A stretch of DNA of 39,622 bases from NCBI GenBank assembly GCA_937867625.1, contig CALMKR010000218.1, positions 1 to 39,622 on the forward strand, in the 5' to 3' direction. Of this stretch, positions 34,871-39,622 are shown in pieces. Numbering within the stretch: the stretch's first letter is position 1; each line of letters begins with the position of its first letter. The stretch is from an uncultured bacterium (lineage in GTDB: Bacteria; Patescibacteriota; Minisyncoccia; Phycocordibacterales; UBA918). The notes under the pieces are model-generated. The model saw only the letters and a list, made by a program, of their open reading frames with translations. It was not told where the DNA came from and did no database searches. The position numbers and the translations under genes were made by a program.

Positions 34871-35143
34871 GTGGAAATTTCAAGAATCATCGAAAAACAA
34901 TCGATAATCGATAATCGACAAACTAAAGACTTAAACCAATCGACTATCGATAGGGAAACAGATAGACTTAGAACTTTACTAAACGATCAAACATTACATT
35001 CGGGTTTTGTAAAAAAGATATTAAACCAATTAAGTGAACATCAAATAAATAGCTTTGCTAATTACGCAGCTCGTAAGGGAAGCAATCCGGGTCGAGCGTT
35101 TGTCGGTTTATGTGAAAAGATAATGAGGCAAAAAAATGCCTAA
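34871..35143 (+). CDS. hypothetical protein (GTG start) containing internal ATCGA-type repeats
   Basis: AGGAG at 34859-34863, 7 nt before GTG 34871. Confidence 0.45.
   Translation: MEISRIIEKQSIIDNRQTKDLNQSTIDRETDRLRTLLNDQTLHSGFVKKILNQLSEHQINSFANYAARKGSNPGRAFVGLCEKIMRQKNA
34889..34951 (+). repeat. cluster of (A/T)ATCGA(T/C) motifs, three of them as tandem 7-mers
   Basis: atcga 34889-34893; AATCGAT 34899-34905; AATCGAT 34906-34912; AATCGAC 34913-34919; AATCGAC 34938-34944; TATCGAT 34945-34951. Confidence 0.75.
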
Positions 35144-35333
35144 AGTACCAAACCTAAACATACCGAATAAAGACTTTGGTAAATGGAAACCAGATAAACA
35201 AGAAGTAAACAATATGAAGTATTGGAAAGCTAAAAAACCAGTATCTACTAAAAGCTTCTTTGTATGTAGCGTTTGCAAGCATGATTGCTTAACCAGAAAA
35301 GCGTTAAAAGAACACTGGGATATGGAACATTAA
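35136..35333 (+). CDS. small protein with C2H2-like zinc finger
   Basis: FVCSVCKHDCLTRKALKEHWDMEH. Confidence 0.45.
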   Translation: MPKVPNLNIPNKDFGKWKPDKQEVNNMKYWKAKKPVSTKSFFVCSVCKHDCLTRKALKEHWDMEH

Positions 35334-35341
35334 AATAAGTA

Positions 35342-35370
35342 TTGACATATTAGCATAAGCGTGATACATT
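35342..35370 (+). promoter_or_regulatory. sigma-A promoter with extended -10
   Basis: TTGACA (35342-35347), 17-nt spacer ending TGa, TACATT (35365-35370). Confidence 0.6.
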
Positions 35371-35402
35371 GTTTATGTCAAACTAATAGAAAGGCAAGAC
35401 AA

Positions 35403-35615
35403 ATGAAAAACAAAACAACTAACGAAGCTCCAAAGAGCAAAAAAAATATCAAACTAGGTTTCGCTAACTTATGGGAACTCGTACTCGTATTAGCAGAGAT
35501 CGCCAGTGCATATACCTTTGCGACACAAAGCAATCAGGTGTTATGGGTACTCGCAGGAGTGCTAGGTTTAGACGCAAGTATCAGACTTGTTAAACGATTC
35601 GTGTATAATAAATAG
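35403..35615 (+). CDS. small membrane protein
   Basis: ATG 35403 after the AGAAAGG leader. TM segments LWELVLVLAEIASAYTF and VLWVLAGVLGL. The track start at 35361 lies within the promoter. Confidence 0.5.
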   Translation: MKNKTTNEAPKSKKNIKLGFANLWELVLVLAEIASAYTFATQSNQVLWVLAGVLGLDASIRLVKRFVYNK

Positions 35616-35670
35616 GTAACTTAAAAAGGAGTTTTAGTATCGCCTAACCTAACTGACTGAGATACAGATT

Positions 35671-36252
35671 ATGAAAAAAGCAATATATACAGCCTTAGTA
35701 TTTGGACTGCTAATCGGGACAATGCTAATAGCGAGGCATATTCGGACACTAAATAATCAAATAGAATTTAAACAGATACAGTTAAAAGATAACTCAACGC
35801 AATTAAAGCTTTTAGATAGCAAGTACGATCAACTGAATAAAGAGTTAGACCGTACCGGCTCAGATAAAGCCAAGGTTGAAGAACAGCTAAAACAATTACA
35901 AATAGAGCGAGATAAACTACAAGCCGATTTGCAGGCTAAAAAAGAACAGAAAGCTAAAGACCTTGCAGTACGGGCTTCTCAAGCAGCACAGGCAACCGTA
36001 GTACCGCAGAAAGCATATGCAGCAAGTGGGAACTTCTACAAAGACTATATTTATCAGCATGAGTCAGGTAATAGAACTACCGCAGTCAATTCAATAGGCT
36101 GTCGTGGGCTTGGTCAGGCTTGTCCGGGAACAAAACTGCCATGTGGAGATGATTACGCATGTCAAGACGCTTGGTTCACTAACTACGCTATGCAACGATA
36201 TGGCTCATGGCAAAACGCCTATAACTTCTGGGTCGCAAATAGATGGTGGTAG
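35671..36252 (+). CDS. membrane-anchored coiled-coil protein with a C-terminal Apf/IsaA-like (lysozyme-like transglycosylase) domain
   Basis: N-terminal TM segment, long coiled coil, and C-terminus YIYQHESGNRTTAVNSIGCRGLGQACPG...QDAWFTNYAMQRYGSWQNAYNFWVANRWW. Confidence 0.5.
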   Translation: MKKAIYTALVFGLLIGTMLIARHIRTLNNQIEFKQIQLKDNSTQLKLLDSKYDQLNKELDRTGSDKAKVEEQLKQLQIERDKLQADLQAKKEQKAKDLAVRASQAAQATVVPQKAYAASGNFYKDYIYQHESGNRTTAVNSIGCRGLGQACPGTKLPCGDDYACQDAWFTNYAMQRYGSWQNAYNFWVANRWW

Positions 36253-36305
36253 TATGAAGTACGAACGCAAGTGGAAATATTACGAGATACTAGAATCCGA
36301 TCCTA

Positions 36306-36401
36306 TGGTATAATAGCCAAGTGTGAGGAACTCTTATTTCATTGTAAGCCTTTCTAGCTCGCATACTTATCCCTGTCTGTGAGGTCGGGGATATTTTATT
36401 T
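36306..36401 (+). ncRNA. candidate small transcription unit 1 (extended -10 promoter to hairpin/T-tract)
   Basis: TGgTATAAT at 36306-36314. Hairpin 36368-36375/36386-36393 plus ttttattt. Confidence 0.3.
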
Positions 36402-36402
36402 G

Positions 36403-36471
36403 TGATATAATTAAATAGCTCCCAATTGAGGGTTATAAAAAGCAGAAGCAGACTCGTAAGGGTCTGTTTTT
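36403..36471 (+). ncRNA. candidate small transcription unit 2
   Basis: TGaTATAAT at 36403-36411. Hairpin 36446-36453/36462-36469 with a T-run. Confidence 0.3.
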
Positions 36472-36472
36472 G

Positions 36473-36590
36473 TGTTATGCTTAAAGTGCCAAAATAGCCG
36501 GATTGATCACGTTATAGATTGCACCTTTGTTTCCAACAAACTCATATTATTACAACCGCCACTGACTTACCTCTTGGCGGTTCTTTTATT
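36473..36590 (+). ncRNA. candidate small transcription unit 3
   Basis: TGtTATGCT at 36473-36481. Terminator aaccgcca (36554-36561)/tggcggtt (36575-36582) plus cttttattt. Confidence 0.3.
36554..36590 (+). terminator. rho-independent terminator
   Basis: 8-bp GC-rich stem followed by a T-rich tail. Confidence 0.7.
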
Positions 36591-36600
36591 TAAAAAAGTG

Positions 36601-36629
36601 TTGACATTGTATAGCAATAAGCGTAATAT
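36601..36629 (+). promoter_or_regulatory. sigma-A-like promoter
   Basis: TTGACA (36601-36606), 17-nt spacer, TAATAT (36624-36629). Confidence 0.6.
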
Positions 36630-36659
36630 ATAAATGTAACTAATAGAAAGGTTTACAAG

Positions 36660-36809
36660 ATGATCTATACAAAAAACCAAATTAAAAAATGTCCACACTG
36701 TAACAGAATATTTTCTGCTATTACAGAAGATGACTACGTTGATTACAGCGAGCATAAAACGTATTGTAATCCGGCTCACAAACGAGCTGAATGTGGTGAA
36801 AGTTTCTAA
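36660..36809 (+). CDS. small zinc-ribbon-like protein (49 aa)
   Basis: ATG 36660 after the AACTAATAGAAAGG leader. Contains CPHC...CNPAH. Confidence 0.45.
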   Translation: MIYTKNQIKKCPHCNRIFSAITEDDYVDYSEHKTYCNPAHKRAECGESF

Positions 36810-36810
36810 C

Positions 36811-36912
36811 ATGAGCGACTTCTACTCACTACTCGCAGACGCATTAGCAGACGAACAAGAAGCTCAACTAGAGCTAGACGAATTTAATAATAACGAATTT
36901 ATACAGGAGTAA
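36811..36912 (+). CDS. small very acidic protein (33 aa)
   Basis: MSDFYSLLADALADEQEAQLELDEFNNNEFIQE. The track start at 36730 overlaps the previous ORF. Confidence 0.35.
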   Translation: MSDFYSLLADALADEQEAQLELDEFNNNEFIQE

Positions 36913-36914
36913 TT

Positions 36915-37055
36915 ATGAGTGTATCACTACTAGAAGTAATAGAATCAGCAGGTTACGACCTCAACATTCTAGGGGATTGTGTTTGGCTACTAAGTAAAGA
37001 AAGCGAGTTTTATGAACTCATGGAACAAGCAAAAGAAAGGTTAGAAGAAGATGAC
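36915..37055 (+). CDS. small acidic protein (46 aa)
   Basis: AGGAG upstream. ATGA overlap with the next gene. Confidence 0.4.
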
Positions 37056-37275
37056 TGATGAACAATATTTTGGCGAAACGCTAGACGAAATGAAAGATTG
37101 GGCATTTGGTATCGCAGCCGAATGGAACGGTGATGATTCAGGTATACAAGAAGATAGAGCTATACAAGCCGAACATATTTGTAGAGTGATTGACACATTA
37201 CAGGCTGAGATTAAAGAGATGGAAGAATTAAGAAACTATTACGCAATAGAAGATGAAGATAAGGGAGTACTATGA
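37051..37275 (+). CDS. acidic hypothetical protein
   Basis: Coupled ORF. Confidence 0.45.
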   Translation: MTDEQYFGETLDEMKDWAFGIAAEWNGDDSGIQEDRAIQAEHICRVIDTLQAEIKEMEELRNYYAIEDEDKGVL

Positions 37276-37850
37276 GCAAAGATTTAAAGGAAAAAGCTAT
37301 ATCAATTAAGGGCAAGGATTACGTTTTAGTATCTGACCGAGTTATATATTTTAACGAGCAATACCCAAACGGAAGTATCACGACTGAGTTAATCAGCGAT
37401 ACAAAAGATGACCGAGTAGTTATCAAGGCTACAGTTATGCCGGACATAGATAAGCCTGAACGTAAGTTTAGCGATTACTCACAAGCATTATGGGGAGATG
37501 GCTTCATCAACAAAGCAAGTGCAATCGAAAACTGTTCTACAAGTGCAGTTGGGCGAGCATTGTCATACATGGGAATTGGAGTAATTGATTCGATCGCTAG
37601 TGTAGATGAGATAAACAAAGCACAGAGTACTACTGGCTACGACACAGGAGCGTCATATACAACGAACGCACCAGCTACCGCAGCACAAGCAACATTACTA
37701 TTGCAAAAGGCTAAAGAGTACTCGGGTCTTGATACGAAAGAGGCGGTACTTAACTGGTTCTTCGAAAAGACTGGTATGCAACTCGGTCAAGTTAAAAAGA
37801 TTGAAGTTGATAATGTACTTAAATTCTTAGAGGAAGAACGTGATGTATGA
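37272..37850 (+). CDS. possible Rad52/Sak-like single-strand annealing protein
   Basis: VLVSDRVIYFNEQYPNGSITTELI and ...ENCSTSAVGRALSYMGIGV... resemble the conserved N-terminal and xxAxxRALxxxGIG elements of Rad52-type SSAPs. By eye only. Confidence 0.35.
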   Translation: MSKDLKEKAISIKGKDYVLVSDRVIYFNEQYPNGSITTELISDTKDDRVVIKATVMPDIDKPERKFSDYSQALWGDGFINKASAIENCSTSAVGRALSYMGIGVIDSIASVDEINKAQSTTGYDTGASYTTNAPATAAQATLLLQKAKEYSGLDTKEAVLNWFFEKTGMQLGQVKKIEVDNVLKFLEEERDV

Positions 37851-37941
37851 GTTCATACCTAACGATTACTCGCCAGAAGAACAAGCACATGATGCAAACA
37901 TAATAGTAATCTTACCTGACATAGAGGAGAAACCTTTTTAA
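37843..37941 (+). CDS. possible small protein (32 aa)
   Basis: GAGGAAG RBS. TAATG overlap with the next gene. Confidence 0.3.
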   Translation: MYEFIPNDYSPEEQAHDANIIVILPDIEEKPF

Positions 37942-38378
37942 TGGAAACTATACAACAAGCAAAAGATTACTTACGAGAAAATTGGGAAGATGGAGTCAAC
38001 TGTCCTTGTTGCAAACAGATGGTAAAACTATATAAACGAAAATTGACTACAACTATGATGTTGGGCTTGATTGATTTAAACAAACATACTCAACAGCCGG
38101 TACATATTAAAGAAATAAAAGTAGTCAATGGTGGGGAGTTTGCTCAGATGAAAAGATGGGGTCTAATCGAAGATGATAAAAATGATGATCTAACAAAACG
38201 TACATCAGGTCAATGGAGTATTACACAAAAAGGTAAAGACTTCTTGAATGGGATGATACGAATACCGAAGTATGTATTCACCTATAACGGACAGACAATG
38301 AAATATAGCTCAGAACTTACAGATGCAAAATCAGCGCTTGGTGATAAATTTAATTATAACGAATTGATGGGAGCATAA
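37941..38378 (+). CDS. hypothetical protein with CPCC zinc-ribbon-like motif
   Basis: GAGGAGAAAC RBS. Contains VNCPCCKQMV. Confidence 0.45.
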   Translation: METIQQAKDYLRENWEDGVNCPCCKQMVKLYKRKLTTTMMLGLIDLNKHTQQPVHIKEIKVVNGGEFAQMKRWGLIEDDKNDDLTKRTSGQWSITQKGKDFLNGMIRIPKYVFTYNGQTMKYSSELTDAKSALGDKFNYNELMGA

Positions 38379-38379
38379 C

Positions 38380-38577
38380 ATGGCAGGAACAAAAGCAGGT
38401 GGAGCAAAAGCAGCAGCAACTAACAAAGCAAAATACGGAGATGACTTTTACACAAACATAGGTGCTAAAGGTGGTAAGGCAAAAGTACCTAAAGGATTTT
38501 CAAAGATGAGTCCTGAAAAGTTACGAGCAGCAGGAACTAAAGGTGGCACAATGTCTAGGAGAGGAAAAACAAAATGA
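38380..38577 (+). CDS. KGG-repeat (GsiB/YciG-like stress-protein motif) small basic protein
   Basis: GAKGGKAKVPKGF...AAGTKGGTMSRRG. Confidence 0.5.
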   Translation: MAGTKAGGAKAAATNKAKYGDDFYTNIGAKGGKAKVPKGFSKMSPEKLRAAGTKGGTMSRRGKTK

Positions 38578-38771
38578 CAGATTTAAACGGTGATGGATTT
38601 TTAGGAAACAGAAAATATATCTATAACAAAAAAACTAAAGGTTCAAGATTTATGGTAGTAGAAATATTACTCGTATTACTCTTTGGTGTAGCACTAATAA
38701 TGTTTGCACTAGCATATTCGAACAATGATGTAGGTGTAAAAGCATTACAAATGTTGATAGCAGGTAGGTAA
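38574..38771 (+). CDS. small membrane protein
   Basis: TM segment FMVVEILLVLLFGVALIMFALAY. Confidence 0.45.
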   Translation: MTDLNGDGFLGNRKYIYNKKTKGSRFMVVEILLVLLFGVALIMFALAYSNNDVGVKALQMLIAGR

Positions 38772-39061
38772 TGAGTAACTCAAACATAGATGACACCTAT
38801 TCAGTAGATGAAACATACTGGATTGAACGAATTGCGAAGTTTGTTGATGAGTACGATGATGAGTGGCGTTCTCCAGGTAACAGCTTAAAAAAACTGCACA
38901 AGATACAAGACGACCTTGTAGCAGAGATTCTGTTATATGCGATTAACCACCATTACCAAAAAACCCATTACCCCAAAGCTATCGGAAATATTAACGGAGT
39001 ACAAATTGAAACAGATGACTCTGTACCAAGCGGAATGATTTATATAAAGGGGAAAGAATGA
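38771..39061 (+). CDS. hypothetical protein
   Basis: TAATG-coupled ORF. Confidence 0.45.
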   Translation: MSNSNIDDTYSVDETYWIERIAKFVDEYDDEWRSPGNSLKKLHKIQDDLVAEILLYAINHHYQKTHYPKAIGNINGVQIETDDSVPSGMIYIKGKE

Positions 39062-39261
39062 AAAAACAACTTGTGTTTGATGATATTGTCCTCGAAAGTT
39101 TCGAGATTATTTATTCAGATAAAATAAGATATGGTAAAGACAAGACTAATACCGCAGTAAAAGTAGAACTTAACATTAAAGGTAAGATATTCACGCACAC
39201 TGAATATATGTGGCAATGGCAAGTTAGCGAATACTTAAATGAATATGGGGCGGAAATATGA
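39058..39261 (+). CDS. hypothetical protein
   Basis: ATGA-coupled ORF. Confidence 0.45.
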   Translation: MKKQLVFDDIVLESFEIIYSDKIRYGKDKTNTAVKVELNIKGKIFTHTEYMWQWQVSEYLNEYGAEI

Positions 39262-39533
39262 ACACTTCAAACATAGATGACTTGTTCCCTTGCATAAGCT
39301 GTGGGGTCAACGCAGACCCAGCAGACGGGTTTGGTAAATGTACTTGTGGAAACGAAGCTAAAAGAGAAGCTATACAGCAGGAACTCTTAAAAGCGAGAAT
39401 TGCAAAGTTAGAAAACGTACTAAGCCAAGATATGTTTAAGAACCCAAACCCCACAGTTGAACAGAAAATCTTAAATCTAGTAATCAAAGACCATATCACT
39501 AACCTACAAGCACAACTAAAGGAGAATGAATGA
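39258..39533 (+). CDS. hypothetical Cys-motif/coiled-coil protein, paralog of the junction-spanning ORF
   Basis: ...CISCGVNADPADGFGKCTCGNEAKREAIQQELLKA...LQAQLKENE. Confidence 0.5.
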   Translation: MNTSNIDDLFPCISCGVNADPADGFGKCTCGNEAKREAIQQELLKARIAKLENVLSQDMFKNPNPTVEQKILNLVIKDHITNLQAQLKENE

Positions 39534-39598
39534 GTGACCCAGAAGACGGAGATTATCAATGTAGACCAGGGGGCGGTTGTCCCGTCTGTAATGATTAA
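39530..39598 (+). CDS. possible Cys-rich micro-protein (22 aa)
   Basis: ATGAATGAGTGA overlap. Translates to MSDPEDGDYQCRPGGGCPVCND. Confidence 0.25.
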   Translation: MSDPEDGDYQCRPGGGCPVCND

Positions 39599-39606
39599 GG
39601 AGTATT

Positions 39607-39622
39607 ATGAAATATAGTAACT
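39607..39622 (+). CDS. 5' part of the junction-spanning ORF (continues at nt 1)
   Basis: AAGGAG at 39597-39602, ATG at 39607. The frame is open to the window end and in phase with 1..161. Confidence 0.6.

Noticed and set aside
36104-36313. The 69-aa ORF overlapping the 3' end of 35671..36252 in another frame.
   Set aside because: It lies mostly inside the better-supported Apf-like gene and has no RBS. Its tail runs into the promoter of the first mini transcription unit.
830-39559. All minus-strand ORFs in the six-frame track, for example 830..1039, 2478..2717, 7787..8128, 12604..13056, 17772..18137, 18288..18674, 28438..28755, 36567..36812 and 39224..39559.
   Set aside because: Nearly all are nested antisense to a longer + strand ORF that has recognisable motifs or tight operon coupling; 36567..36812 instead runs antisense across the 36601 promoter and the + strand ORF 36660..36809. 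None has a convincing RBS or promoter. Their translations are low-complexity Ser/Leu/Ile-rich, as expected for the antisense of AT-rich coding DNA.

Overview
The window reads as a complete, circularly closed or permuted genome of about 39.6 kb from a tailed dsDNA phage. It is siphovirus-type with an HK97-fold capsid module. One ORF runs off the right end (ATG 39607, preceded by AAGGAG) and continues in frame at nt 1.

Every credible gene is on the + strand. Genes are tightly packed, with many ATGA/TAATG stop-start overlaps and strong GGAG-type ribosome binding sites. The DNA looks AT-rich by eye (not computed). A CHAP endolysin, an XhlA-like protein, a holin and the Shine-Dalgarno usage suggest a low-GC Gram-positive (Bacillota) host.

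Inferred layout, in order:
- Early region 34677..39622 plus 1..1606: small acidic or zinc-ribbon proteins, a Rad52/Sak-like annealing protein candidate, a KGG protein, two HNH genes, and several consensus sigma-A-like promoters.
- 1615..1851: a promoter followed by two hairpin/T-tract elements.
- 1852..9019: a roughly 7-kb translationally coupled island of glycosyltransferase-like and FkbM methyltransferase genes.
- 9016..13789: ParB-DNA methyltransferase, small and large terminase, and a portal-MuF fusion.
- 13799..20694: an unusual insertion of about 6.9 kb between portal and prohead protease. It encodes a beta-helix protein and a protein with eleven 22-aa Ser/Thr/Pro-rich tandem repeats.
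- 20755..31708: protease, capsid, tail tube, head-tail joining genes, frameshifted tail chaperones, tape measure, Dit, Tal and three paralogous C1q-like fibre proteins.
- 31735..33483: lysis cassette.

I recognised no DNA polymerase, primase, helicase, integrase or repressor. Five HNH endonuclease genes are present.

The most interesting candidate system is the sugar/methyl-transferase island, possibly working with the mucin-like repeat protein as a virion glycosylation system. This is inference and is untested. Several small promoter-terminator units (candidate sRNAs) and a convergent-promoter region with repeated 12-mers and ATCGA-type iteron-like repeats are also worth follow-up.

All functional calls come from motif recognition by eye, with no database search. 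Coordinates of small elements were counted by hand.
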